DNA of 58,707 bases from a virus (IMGVR_UViG_2974696732_000001); one strand, 5' to 3'; counted from the stretch's first letter, positions 20,209 to 29,646 are shown. The notes: generated from the letters alone by a model not told the origin. Numbers and translations are program-made.

Positions 20209-21624
20209 ATGGCAACACCAATGACAGCGAGCCAGATTGTGGCTCAGCTCAAGAAGTGGGGAATCAAGTACAAGGAAGTTAAGTCTTGGAAGACCCACAA
20301 TAGAAACTCTGTCGGTGCTTGGGGTGGAATGAACGGATTTATCTGGCATCACACTGGCGCTGACGTAACCGCTGCAAAGGCGGGAGAGTATGCAGGAAAT
20401 ATCCTCTACAATGGTATTTCTGGTCTTCCTGGTCCTCTATGTCACTTTGGTCTAGCACCAGATGGCATGGTCTATCTAGTAGGATGGGGTCGTGCAAATC
20501 ACGCTGGAGGTGGAGACCCTGCGGTTCTCAACCACGTAATCAATGAAGATTATTCCAGTCAGCTCAAGCCTACTCGCGGTAATTCCAATGGTACTGATGG
20601 TAACGCTCATTTCTATGGCGTGGAAATCATGTACTCTGGAAGTCGCAAGATGACTGACGCCCAGTACAAGACTGCACTTAAGCTTTCAGCAGCCATTCTA
20701 GATTTCCACAAGTGGACTGAAAAGTCTGTAATTGGACACGGAGAATGGTCTAATGACAAGTGGGACCCAGGCTATGCTTCTGGAAAGATTATGGACATGG
20801 TGAAGGTTCGTGCTGATATCAAGGCAACGAAGGCTGCTGGACCAGGCGGAACAACTCCTGCTCCAAAGCCAACTCCTACACCTACCCCAACAACTGGAAC
20901 ATATACCGTTAAGAAGGGCGACACTCTGTGGAGTATTTCCCAGGCACTCAAGGTAACTGTTGCAGACCTAAAGTCTTGGAATGGACTAAAGACCGATGAC
21001 CTAGATGTCGGTCAGGTTCTCAAGACAAAGAAGCCTGCTACAACTACTCCAAAGCCACCAACGGTTCCTACAATTCCGGTGCCAGTTCCAGTAATCATTC
21101 CTAAGTCTCGTGAGACAAAGGATGTTATTGTTGCCCAGGCAGCAGTTGCGCTAAAGGCATGGCCTTTCATTAGCGACGTGGAAAAGGCTAAGGGCCTCCC
21201 AACAGGACTGCTTCTGGCAGTTGGTTCTCGTGAAACGAATCTCACCAATGTAATTGGTGACAATGGAAATGGCTTCGGTGTGTGGCAGCGTGACAAGAGA
21301 TACTGGCCAGTTGACGAATCATATCTAAACGATGTGAAGAAGCAGGCCGAGGATGCAGCTCAGCTCCTTGCAGATAACTACAAGGTATTGAAGAGTTGGG
21401 ATTACGCAGTAGCTGCGTACAATGCGGGTGTCGATGGAGTGCAGAAGGCTTTGGCAGCCCTAAAGTCTGCTGATGCTGCGACGACTGGTGGAGATTATGC
21501 TGCTGACGTTCTTGGTAGACTAGCGTTTACAAAGGATGTGGCACCAACCACTACTCCAACACCTACTCTTGAGCAGAGAGTGTCTGACCTCGAAAAGAGA
21601 GTCGCTGCACTTGAAAAGAAGTAA
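20209..21624 (+). CDS. Endolysin: amidase-2 + LysM + lysozyme/SLT-like domain
   Basis: FIWHHTG, YGVEI, IGHGEW; YTVKKGDTLWSIS; LLAVGSRETN...AAYNAG. Confidence 0.9.
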   Translation: MATPMTASQIVAQLKKWGIKYKEVKSWKTHNRNSVGAWGGMNGFIWHHTGADVTAAKAGEYAGNILYNGISGLPGPLCHFGLAPDGMVYLVGWGRANHAGGGDPAVLNHVINEDYSSQLKPTRGNSNGTDGNAHFYGVEIMYSGSRKMTDAQYKTALKLSAAILDFHKWTEKSVIGHGEWSNDKWDPGYASGKIMDMVKVRADIKATKAAGPGGTTPAPKPTPTPTPTTGTYTVKKGDTLWSISQALKVTVADLKSWNGLKTDDLDVGQVLKTKKPATTTPKPPTVPTIPVPVPVIIPKSRETKDVIVAQAAVALKAWPFISDVEKAKGLPTGLLLAVGSRETNLTNVIGDNGNGFGVWQRDKRYWPVDESYLNDVKKQAEDAAQLLADNYKVLKSWDYAVAAYNAGVDGVQKALAALKSADAATTGGDYAADVLGRLAFTKDVAPTTTPTPTLEQRVSDLEKRVAALEKK

Positions 21625-21746
21625 CGTATATGCTATCCTGTAGTTACAGCCTACGGAAATGAGTCCGAGACTGTCTGGCGACATTCGTGCCGCTAGCTTA
21701 GGATGGTTAATTACTGCCAGGCCCCAGCTTTCGAGTTGGGGCTTTT
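21611..21746 (+). ncRNA. Promoter plus ~100-nt ORF-less transcript plus terminator (candidate sRNA)
   Basis: TTGAAA-17-(TGc)TATCCT at 21611-21639; terminator GCCCCAGCT-TTCG-AGTTGGGGC-TTTT at 21721-21746. Confidence 0.45.
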
Positions 21747-21771
21747 GGCATTTCAGTGGTAAAATCAATAT

Positions 21772-23508
21772 ATGTCTTACCAACTACAAGTTCTCACAGA
21801 TGCACCATTCAGCTATTGGAAGCTGGATGAGACAGGTCCAGCGTTTCCGGATTCAGCCGGAAGCATGAGGACCGCTGACTTGGTGGGAACTATCACCCGA
21901 CACCCAGCCCTTGTAACAGGCTCAGGCAGTGCCCTCGTATTGGATAATACAAACCACCTGGACATGGACGACCCTGTTTTCAACAAAGGCTACGAGCTAC
22001 GTCAGTTCTCTCTTGAGGCATGGGTAAAGCCGGTCAAGGTGACTGGTGAGGTATCAGTCATGAGTCATTCTGGCATTTATGATGGCATTACAATTACGCC
22101 AACCCACATCTATTTCAGGACAAAGTATTTGACGGCCGGTACCTGTGAGGTCTCTTATGAATATTCAACTGGAAAGTCTTTCCATGTTGTAGGTGTACAC
22201 ACCAACGCAAAGAATTCTCTCTATGTAGATGGAGTTCTGGTGGCAGAAATGGACTTGACAGACGAACAGCAAATGGATAGCTATTCATTTCTAACCTCAG
22301 ACCTTATTGCCGGGCAAGGTTCAGGTGTGATTGCTCTCGATGCCCCAGCGATTTACACTAACTCTCTTGGAGCAGAAGTAATCGCCAGACACTATTCAAA
22401 TGGTGTTGATGTCGATGCCAGCGAAGCCATTGCAGGATTCAACGATGCAATCTTCTGGAACTTCACAGATGAAACAAGAAACATTGCAATAAAGAAGGTC
22501 TGGACAACAAGTGACGATTGGGCAGATGCAGTTCTAACAGATGTTGCAGTGGTTGATGGCACCATTGTTCCCAACTACACCCAAACAGAAACTGAGAGTG
22601 TGGAGGATGGACTTATTGTTTCCGTTTATGAGAACACCTCTCTTCCTGGCGTGTGGCTAGCATCTCTTTCGTTTAATTCTATCCCAGAAGCAACCGTATC
22701 CGATGCAAGGATTAATTGGGTCGGAGAAGGAAGTTACACCATTGAATACTCTGTTGACGGTGGTAACATTTGGCTGGAGCCTTCTGATTCTGGTGCGACA
22801 GTTCTGGACAATGAGAGTGTTATTGACATTCGAGTAACCTTCGATGGTGGAATTGTAGACGACGAAAGCTTTGTCAGTTCAATTGAGGTTGTTGGCTATC
22901 TAGATAAGTATTACCGTGGCAGTCGTTCTGACCGAACAGCACAAATGTCCGGCACAGGAGTTGTCAGTTCCAGCTACTTTGAACCAATTGAATACGCGGA
23001 TGTCAATGGCCTACGCATCATTACTGGCACCATAAACGTCTCCCTTGACAATTCGTATGAAGGAGAGCAAGAGCCAGGAGACCTTAATGTCAATGGATTC
23101 GACATGTGGATAAAGCCAACAGTTGGAAACATTTTTACAGCGACAGGCATTAACGTGTCTCGTGTTGGTAATACCATTGTATTTTCTGGATTTAGCGCAT
23201 TCACGGTCAATGGAAAGTCTGTAGCCAGTGGAGACACTGTGTTTGGCTCAGATAGTTGGTATCACATTGCAGGAGTTTTCTCAACACCGGGAAACTATGA
23301 AATGTCAATAGCCAGCTCAGGAGCAATCATTTCACAGATGTCTATCATCTATGGCTCATTGAGCCTTCTAGGTCTGCAACAGATGTACGCAGCCTATCTC
23401 GGACTACCAGGTCTAGTCGTCAACGACGTTTCAAGCGTAAATATCGTTGAAGGAAGTCCTGCTACCAACCTATACGCGCATGTTTGGGGAATCACAGCAG
23501 CAGGATAA
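21772..23508 (+). CDS. LamG/concanavalin-like virion-associated protein
   Basis: YWKLDE, FSLEAWVKP, FHVVGVH, LYVDG; leaderless after TGgTAAAAT. Confidence 0.75.
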   Translation: MSYQLQVLTDAPFSYWKLDETGPAFPDSAGSMRTADLVGTITRHPALVTGSGSALVLDNTNHLDMDDPVFNKGYELRQFSLEAWVKPVKVTGEVSVMSHSGIYDGITITPTHIYFRTKYLTAGTCEVSYEYSTGKSFHVVGVHTNAKNSLYVDGVLVAEMDLTDEQQMDSYSFLTSDLIAGQGSGVIALDAPAIYTNSLGAEVIARHYSNGVDVDASEAIAGFNDAIFWNFTDETRNIAIKKVWTTSDDWADAVLTDVAVVDGTIVPNYTQTETESVEDGLIVSVYENTSLPGVWLASLSFNSIPEATVSDARINWVGEGSYTIEYSVDGGNIWLEPSDSGATVLDNESVIDIRVTFDGGIVDDESFVSSIEVVGYLDKYYRGSRSDRTAQMSGTGVVSSSYFEPIEYADVNGLRIITGTINVSLDNSYEGEQEPGDLNVNGFDMWIKPTVGNIFTATGINVSRVGNTIVFSGFSAFTVNGKSVASGDTVFGSDSWYHIAGVFSTPGNYEMSIASSGAIISQMSIIYGSLSLLGLQQMYAAYLGLPGLVVNDVSSVNIVEGSPATNLYAHVWGITAAG

Positions 23509-23510
23509 CG

Positions 23511-23538
23511 AAAAAGCTCCCATATCGGGAGCTTTTTT
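23511..23538. terminator. Bidirectional terminator
   Basis: AAAAAGCTCCC-ATATC-GGGAGCTTTTTT. Confidence 0.85.
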
Positions 23539-23571
23539 GCTTAATAACGCTAATGTCCTTAAGATATGGGT

Positions 23572-23907
23572 ATGAAGAAGACCAATATCCAGACAGTTGA
23601 AGAGGCTGCTTATGGAGTTTACGTTTGGGAAATGCCAGACGGCCGGTGGGTCGGAGACGACGATGGTAACTGGCTTAGCATTTCTGCAATGAAGGGCGAC
23701 CTCAAGCGCATTAACGAACTCACTCAGGCAGCTCGTCATTATGGAATTATGGTTGGAAAGCCCCTGTTTCTCTCAGGTCATCGAAAGATTGACGATGAGG
23801 AATTTGAATATCAGAAGCAGCGTCAGGCATTCGGACTGATTCCAGATGAGAATGACATTCCAGCTCTCGTAAGTGAGCAGATTTACAAGGAGCACAATGA
23901 CCAGTAA
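23572..23907 (+). CDS. Conserved-looking hypothetical protein upstream of portal
   Basis: Leaderless: TTGCTT-17-TAAGAT, then ATG 7 nt after the -10. Confidence 0.8.
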   Translation: MKKTNIQTVEEAAYGVYVWEMPDGRWVGDDDGNWLSISAMKGDLKRINELTQAARHYGIMVGKPLFLSGHRKIDDEEFEYQKQRQAFGLIPDENDIPALVSEQIYKEHNDQ

Positions 23908-25474
23908 TCGAGTTGTAGAGGCAGAGCCAGAAGAGAGCATGATTGAAGTCTCTCTAGGTTCAGAATATAGTCGTGATATCGCTCACGACCCAGACCCATT
24001 TCTAAAGTCAGCCGATGAGCTGAACAAGAGCTTGGACGGCCTTTCTCGTTCCTTCAAGATTCGCACCACGAAGTCAATTCAGAAGTTCTATCGTGGTGTA
24101 GATGGTGCTGCCTCAAAGAGGGAAGAAAGCCAGGAGGTAACGGGTTACAATGCCTTCCAGGTAATGCTTCCCCCATACAATCTCGATTACCTCGCAAAGC
24201 TTTATGAGGTTTCCTCTCCACACTACTCAGCCGTAAAGGCAAAGGTGTCAAACATCGTTGGCCTAGGTTTTGACCTTGTGGAGACTCCAGCCGCAAAGCG
24301 CAAGCTGGATGAAATTGAAGGCGAAGACAAGACCAAGAAGGCGCGCAAGAAGATTGCGACCGAAAAGGAGCGCATCAAGGAATGGATTGCAGCGTGCAAT
24401 GAGGAAGACGACTTCCTTGAGACTCTTATCAAGGTATGGACTGATTACGAGGTAACCGGAAATGGCTATCTTGAAGTTGGTCGCAAGTCCAATGGTGAAA
24501 TCGGATACATTGGCCACATTCCAAGCACCACAATGAGAATCAGGCAGCGAAGAGATGGATTTGTTCAAATCATCTCAAACAAGGCTGTGTTCTTCCGAAA
24601 CTTCGGAGACAATGAGACAACGGACCCGGTAGGAAATGACCCAAGACCAAATGAAGTCATCCACATCAAGAAGTACGCTCCAAGCAATGGGTATTACGGA
24701 ATCCCTGACATCGTGGCAGCTAAGGCTGCTGTCGCAGGTAATGAGTTCGCCACCCGATTCAACTTGGACTATTTCGAGAACAAGGCTGTTCCTAGGTATG
24801 TCATTGTCATCAAGGGAGGAAAGCTCAGCCCAGCAGCAGAACGACGAATCACCGAGTTCTTCCAGACTTCTCTAAAGGGAAAGAATCACAGAACTCTGTA
24901 TGTTCCTCTTCCACCTGATGAGCAAGACCGTAAGACCAGTTTTGAAATGAAGCCAGTCGAGGCCGGTACCCAGGACAGCTCATTCAACAATTACCGAAAG
25001 GGAAACCTGAATGACATTCTGATGGCTCATCGAGTTCCTATCACAAAGGTCGGTCTTGCTGAGGGTGCAAGCCTAGCAGTTGCACGAGATGCAGACAAGA
25101 CCTTTAAGGAACAGGTATGTCGTCCAGAGCAGACCATTTTCGAAAACAAGCTCAACAAGATTATGCGTGAGGTCACTGACGTATTCCTCATTCACCTCAA
25201 TGAGCTATCTCTTACCGACGAAGACACCCAGAGCAAGATTGATGAAAGGGCAATCCGCAATCAGTGGACTACTCCTAATGAAATTCGTGCTCGTCAGGGT
25301 AAGCCAGGTCTTCCAGGCGGTGACAAGATTGTGGAACAAAAGCCACAGCAGCAGGCCGAAGCCAGAGCGCAGACAGGCCAGACAAGAGCCCGAGACGCAG
25401 AGCGCTCAGCGGCATCTCCTGATAAGGATGGAGAGGCCCGGCAGCCAAAGGGTGAAGGTAGAGCAGTTCAGTGA
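23897..25474 (+). CDS. Portal protein (PBSX/HK97-like)
   Basis: DYEVTGNGYLEV, EVIHIKKY, YYGIPD, FFENKAVP-like motif, TPNEIR; RBS AAGGAG before ATG 23897. Confidence 0.9.
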   Translation: MTSNRVVEAEPEESMIEVSLGSEYSRDIAHDPDPFLKSADELNKSLDGLSRSFKIRTTKSIQKFYRGVDGAASKREESQEVTGYNAFQVMLPPYNLDYLAKLYEVSSPHYSAVKAKVSNIVGLGFDLVETPAAKRKLDEIEGEDKTKKARKKIATEKERIKEWIAACNEEDDFLETLIKVWTDYEVTGNGYLEVGRKSNGEIGYIGHIPSTTMRIRQRRDGFVQIISNKAVFFRNFGDNETTDPVGNDPRPNEVIHIKKYAPSNGYYGIPDIVAAKAAVAGNEFATRFNLDYFENKAVPRYVIVIKGGKLSPAAERRITEFFQTSLKGKNHRTLYVPLPPDEQDRKTSFEMKPVEAGTQDSSFNNYRKGNLNDILMAHRVPITKVGLAEGASLAVARDADKTFKEQVCRPEQTIFENKLNKIMREVTDVFLIHLNELSLTDEDTQSKIDERAIRNQWTTPNEIRARQGKPGLPGGDKIVEQKPQQQAEARAQTGQTRARDAERSAASPDKDGEARQPKGEGRAVQ

Positions 25475-25935
25475 CACATAGAATTTGGCATAAGACAGAC
25501 GAAGTAGCAAGAGGCTTGAGAAAGCCAATCAATACGGCTGCAATCTCCATCATGGGTGCTTACACATTCATATGGGGATTGTGGCTGGCATTGCCATGGC
25601 AGACATTTGCCAGGAGTCCTATTTACGAACTCATGAGCAATCTTGCGCCGGAACTGGTGTGGGGCCTGGCTGCCATGTGCATTGGTGGACTAATTCTCTA
25701 CGGAGTATGGAACTCAACGTATAAGGCATTGCTCAGAGGTGCCCTGGCAGGGTTCTACTACTGGTTTGTGGTCAGTGGCTTCTACCTGATTGGAAGCTGG
25801 CAGTCAGTAGGATGGATTAACGCCTTCATGGTAGCCATCTACTGCGCCTTTGTAGCCATTAACTTGAGGGTAAATCGCAAGTCTATTGACTCTAGTTTGC
25901 ATGATAATAAAGAAGTGAATAAGATAAGACCATGA
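25471..25935 (+). CDS. Four-TM membrane protein
   Basis: Four hydrophobic segments; GTGA overlap with portal. Confidence 0.75.
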   Translation: MTHRIWHKTDEVARGLRKPINTAAISIMGAYTFIWGLWLALPWQTFARSPIYELMSNLAPELVWGLAAMCIGGLILYGVWNSTYKALLRGALAGFYYWFVVSGFYLIGSWQSVGWINAFMVAIYCAFVAINLRVNRKSIDSSLHDNKEVNKIRP

Positions 25936-27209
25936 AGATTGAGAAGGCATCCTGGCAGTCTGATGAACATTCTGTTCGTTTGACCATGCCAATTGCGAAG
26001 TATGATGTGGAGAAGCGTCAGGTTAGTGGATTTGCCACTCTTGACAACTTCGACTCTCATGGTGACGTGGTTCTAGCAGAGGCTTCACAGAAAGCTTTTG
26101 CTCGTTTCCGTGGAAACATCCGTGAGATGCATCAGCCTATCGCAGTAGGAAAGCTGGTGGATTTCCGAGAGGAAGAGTTCTATGACTCATCTACTCAGAA
26201 GTTTTACCGTGGCATTTACGCGACAGCGTATGTCTCAAAGGGTGCTCAGGACACATGGGAAAAGGTACTTGACGGTACTCTAAGCGGTTTTAGTATCGGC
26301 GGTAGCATCGTAGACTCTGACACTGAGTGGAATAAGGATGCCCAGACAAACGTACGATTCATTAAGGACTACGAACTCATCGAACTCTCCCTTGTCGATA
26401 ATCCAGCTAATCAGCTAGCCAACATTTTCAGTATTGAAAAGGCAGCGAGCGGTGACAAGGTAATGAAGGGTATGGTCGTGGAAACCTCCGTAGAGAACGT
26501 CTTCTGGTGTCCAGCAGATGAAATCGCAAAGACTACAACCGACGAAAGCGCAGATTGTTCCGCTTGCGGAAAGTCAATGCAGAATATTGGTTGGTTCGAG
26601 ACAGACAGCAACCGACAGGAAGCAGTCAAGAATCTCGTACAGGAATTTACAAAGTCTTCTGACAAGGACACTGAAAAGGGAGGTGCAGAACAAATGGCAG
26701 ATGAGCGTAAGGACGACGTTGCGGAGCAGGGTCGAGCCGAATCCGAGACTCCAGTTGAGGAATCAACTACTGAGAATGCTCCGGTAGTCGAAGCTGACGG
26801 AACTGTTGAGTCCGAGGAAACAGCAGCAGAAGTAGATGAAGGTGGCGCAGAGGAGCCAAACTTCGAGAAGATGCTTGAGCAGGTCCAGGAAACAATCAAG
26901 AAGGGCCTAGAGCAGACTCGTGAAGCTACTGCTGAGGAAATCAAGACTATCGAAACCAAGGTTGATGAAATCAACAAGGCATTCGATTCAAAGTTTTCTG
27001 AGCTAGTCGAAAAGCACGGCGAGCTTAGCAAGAAGTTTGACAGTCTAACTGAGCAGCACGATGAAGTCACTAAGAGACTTGACAGTGTTGAGAAGGAGAC
27101 TGCTATCAAGAAGTCCGGCGACGTTGGCACGTCAAAGGAAGAGACCATTAGCAAGGCTAAGGGCTCAAAGTGGGGCGGACACTTCCTCAGTGTATCCGAC
27201 ATCAAGTAA
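25932..27209 (+). CDS. Prohead maturation protease fused to an acidic scaffold domain
   Basis: IREMH, LSGFSIGG, ELSLVDNPAN; CSAC zinc motif; acidic coiled-coil C-terminus; leaderless (TTGCAT-17-TAAGAT). Confidence 0.88.
   Translation: MKIEKASWQSDEHSVRLTMPIAKYDVEKRQVSGFATLDNFDSHGDVVLAEASQKAFARFRGNIREMHQPIAVGKLVDFREEEFYDSSTQKFYRGIYATAYVSKGAQDTWEKVLDGTLSGFSIGGSIVDSDTEWNKDAQTNVRFIKDYELIELSLVDNPANQLANIFSIEKAASGDKVMKGMVVETSVENVFWCPADEIAKTTTDESADCSACGKSMQNIGWFETDSNRQEAVKNLVQEFTKSSDKDTEKGGAEQMADERKDDVAEQGRAESETPVEESTTENAPVVEADGTVESEETAAEVDEGGAEEPNFEKMLEQVQETIKKGLEQTREATAEEIKTIETKVDEINKAFDSKFSELVEKHGELSKKFDSLTEQHDEVTKRLDSVEKETAIKKSGDVGTSKEETISKAKGSKWGGHFLSVSDIK
26694..27209 (+). CDS. Nested in-frame scaffolding protein (internal start)
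   Basis: GGGAGGTG 8 nt before an in-frame ATG (MADERKDD...). Confidence 0.6.
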   Translation: MADERKDDVAEQGRAESETPVEESTTENAPVVEADGTVESEETAAEVDEGGAEEPNFEKMLEQVQETIKKGLEQTREATAEEIKTIETKVDEINKAFDSKFSELVEKHGELSKKFDSLTEQHDEVTKRLDSVEKETAIKKSGDVGTSKEETISKAKGSKWGGHFLSVSDIK

Positions 27210-27240
27210 TCCAAGAAAAGGAAAGAGGTGAACAAACAAC

Positions 27241-28236
27241 ATGAGCGATGAGCTAATTGAAAAGGTCATTCGTACCACTGAGGTAGCATCTGGTGGCGGT
27301 GGTCTGCTTAACGCAGAACAGTCCAACCGTTTCATCGACTATATGTGGGAATCCACAGTTCTCGGTAACCAGGTTCGAACCATTCGTATGAGAGCCGACA
27401 CAGTTGACATTGACAAGCTCGGAATTGGTGAGCGTCTAATGAGAGTAGCCACTGAGGCAGTTGACGACGGTGTAAACGCCGGAGCAACCTTCTCCAAGAT
27501 TTCTCTCACCACCAAGAAGCTTCGTCTAGACTGGGAAATCTCAACCGAGTCCCTTGAGGACAACATCGAGGGCGAGGCCCTAGAGGACCACATTGCACGT
27601 CTAATGGCGACTCAGGCCGGTAACGACCTTGAGGACGTAGCCATTAACGGTAACACGGCCCTAACCACCGACCCTCTACTCAAGGCATTCGATGGATGGC
27701 GTAAGCGTGCACTCGCAGGAGGCCACGTAATCGACCACGGAGGTAACGGTGTTGACCGTAGCGTCTTCAACAAGGCACTTAAGGCTATGCCACGTAAGTA
27801 CATGCAGCGTAGAAACGGTCTTAAGTTCTTCACTGGCTCCAATGTAATTCAGGACTACCTATTCAGCCTACAGAACACGTCTGCTGACTACGTAACTCCA
27901 GAAGCAATGGCAGCCTCCGGAATCAACAGTGCAGTCCGTACCGAGGGTCCAGCAGGATTCTCTACCGGTAATGCATTCGGTGTCCCAGTCCAGGAAGTTC
28001 CTCTATTCGAGGAGACCCTTGACGGTGACTACTCTGGTGCTTCCGGTGACCACGCGGATGTATGGCTAACATTCCCTAACAACATGCTATGGGGTGTAAA
28101 GCGTGAAATCCAGGTCTTCCGTGAGTTCAAGCCTAAGAAGGACACCACGGAGTACACCATGTACTGCCGTGTAGGTACTCAGATTGAGAACGCTGACGCA
28201 TTCGTTGTCGTCAAGAACGTCAAGATTTCAGCCTAA
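27241..28236 (+). CDS. Major capsid protein (HK97 fold)
   Basis: GGGLLNAEQSNRFID, LEDNIEG, DLEDVAINGN; position after scaffold; strong RBS. Confidence 0.9.
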   Translation: MSDELIEKVIRTTEVASGGGGLLNAEQSNRFIDYMWESTVLGNQVRTIRMRADTVDIDKLGIGERLMRVATEAVDDGVNAGATFSKISLTTKKLRLDWEISTESLEDNIEGEALEDHIARLMATQAGNDLEDVAINGNTALTTDPLLKAFDGWRKRALAGGHVIDHGGNGVDRSVFNKALKAMPRKYMQRRNGLKFFTGSNVIQDYLFSLQNTSADYVTPEAMAASGINSAVRTEGPAGFSTGNAFGVPVQEVPLFEETLDGDYSGASGDHADVWLTFPNNMLWGVKREIQVFREFKPKKDTTEYTMYCRVGTQIENADAFVVVKNVKISA

Positions 28237-28259
28237 TCAAACTGGAACAACTTAATAGC

Positions 28260-28283
28260 GAAAGAGGGCTTCGGCCCTCTTTC
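28260..28283 (+). terminator. Terminator after capsid
   Basis: GAAAGAGGGC-TTCG-GCCCTCTTTC. Confidence 0.85.
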
Positions 28284-28318
28284 TGCTTTCTATGATACAA
28301 TCATTCTATGGAGGATGA

Positions 28319-28717
28319 ATGAGTTTTGACAAGATGAAGGTCGATGAGCTGCGTCAGATTGCTGACGATTTTGCAGTTGATATCGACCCCAAGGACAATA
28401 AGCAGGTAGTCATCTCCAAGCTGATTGGCAATGGAGTCACTTGGGAGTATTACCAGCAGTCAATTGGAGCGGAGCAGGAAGCCCCGGCACCAGTTGCAGC
28501 AAAGGCTAGCTTTGATGAGCCTGCGGAGACCGACGAAGAGACCAAGGTTCTTCTTCGTATGACCAGAGAGAACGGCACCTTCGAAGTAAGAGGTGTACGA
28601 TTCACCAGGTCTAATCCTTACGCTATTGTGAGGGAGCGCGACGCAGACTATATCCTTGAGAAGTACGAAGGATTCCGCATTGCCTCTCCACGAGAAGTCA
28701 AGGAATTTTATAGCTGA
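28319..28717 (+). CDS. Head-associated hypothetical protein (HeH/Rho-N-like N-terminus)
   Basis: FDKMKVDELRQIA; RBS GGAGG. Confidence 0.7.
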   Translation: MSFDKMKVDELRQIADDFAVDIDPKDNKQVVISKLIGNGVTWEYYQQSIGAEQEAPAPVAAKASFDEPAETDEETKVLLRMTRENGTFEVRGVRFTRSNPYAIVRERDADYILEKYEGFRIASPREVKEFYS

Positions 28718-28718
28718 C

Positions 28719-28767
28719 AGAGGCCCTACGGGGCCTCTTTGCTATTTAACCAGAAACAATCTATAAT
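28719..28767 (+). promoter_or_regulatory. Terminator hairpin fused to the next promoter
   Basis: AGAGGCCC-TACG-GGGCCTCT, then TTGCTA-17-TATAAT. Confidence 0.8.
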
Positions 28768-28773
28768 GCAGTC

Positions 28774-29646
28774 ATGGAAATCTACCGAGACACTACAAGC
28801 ACTGTTACTCTGGAACACCCGGTAACAGGAACTCTAACCGCTGACGTAATGCGCGGTGATGCGGTGATTTCCGCTGACCAGCCTGTTACCTCAAGCGGTG
28901 GCATTCACACGACCACAATTGATTGGTCATTGACAGAATACGACGGCACCCTTAAGGTGGTCTGGAAGAAGACTGGCTTTTCACGCTCCACCTATGTGGA
29001 AGTCGTAACCCCAATTATTCCATTGTCTCAGCTAGAGGCTCTGCTCGAAGATGTTTCTCAGCAGGACCGATATGACGCAGAGGCGGTAGTCAGAAGAATC
29101 ATTGAGGTATATACAGGACAGAGCTTCGGCAAGTTCCGTGGGACCAAGGACGTGGCTGGTAATGACAGCAGCCGTCTTGCGCTCCCAATGCCCCTCATCT
29201 CATTTACAGATATGACGGACAGCACTCTGTCCTATGACCCTTCTGCATTTCGTATCACAGGCGAGGGATGGTTCCTAGGGCAGGCTCCAGGCGCATGGTG
29301 GACAATCAAGCAGGCTCCTCCAGAGGAAGTCCTTGATGAATTCCACAGCGGAGTCATTTATGCACCAGGAGTAGTAAAGAAGCGCGACTTCTCATACACT
29401 GCTGTATATACAATTACTGGAGACTGGGGATATGAATCAGTCCCTTATCCTGTTGTCCAGGCAGCTAAGCTGCTCATTTCTGACTATGCATGTCAGGATG
29501 CCTCATATCGAGACAAGTATCTCGAATCAATGAAGGCAGCAGACTGGAGAATTCAGTTCACTCAGGCAGCCTATGACGGTACTGGAAATCTAAAGGCAGA
29601 CCAGCTCCTTGAGCCTTACAAGCTAAGCAACATGGTGGTCATATGA
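28774..29646 (+). CDS. Head-to-tail adaptor
   Basis: IIEVYTGQSF, ITGDWGYESVPYPVVQAAKLL; position. Confidence 0.75.
   Translation: MEIYRDTTSTVTLEHPVTGTLTADVMRGDAVISADQPVTSSGGIHTTTIDWSLTEYDGTLKVVWKKTGFSRSTYVEVVTPIIPLSQLEALLEDVSQQDRYDAEAVVRRIIEVYTGQSFGKFRGTKDVAGNDSSRLALPMPLISFTDMTDSTLSYDPSAFRITGEGWFLGQAPGAWWTIKQAPPEEVLDEFHSGVIYAPGVVKKRDFSYTAVYTITGDWGYESVPYPVVQAAKLLISDYACQDASYRDKYLESMKAADWRIQFTQAAYDGTGNLKADQLLEPYKLSNMVVI

Noticed and set aside
21655-21690. Hammerhead-ribozyme-like string ATGAGTCCGAGAC
   Set aside because: Lacks the CUGAUGA and GAAA core in the required positions.
21659-21868. 69-aa ORF after the endolysin
   Set aside because: No RBS, crosses a strong terminator and overlaps the next gene out of frame.
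26411-27235. 274-aa Ser-rich minus-strand ORF, and similar antisense ORFs within TMP and tail genes
   Set aside because: Shadows of the Glu/Lys-rich sense strand.
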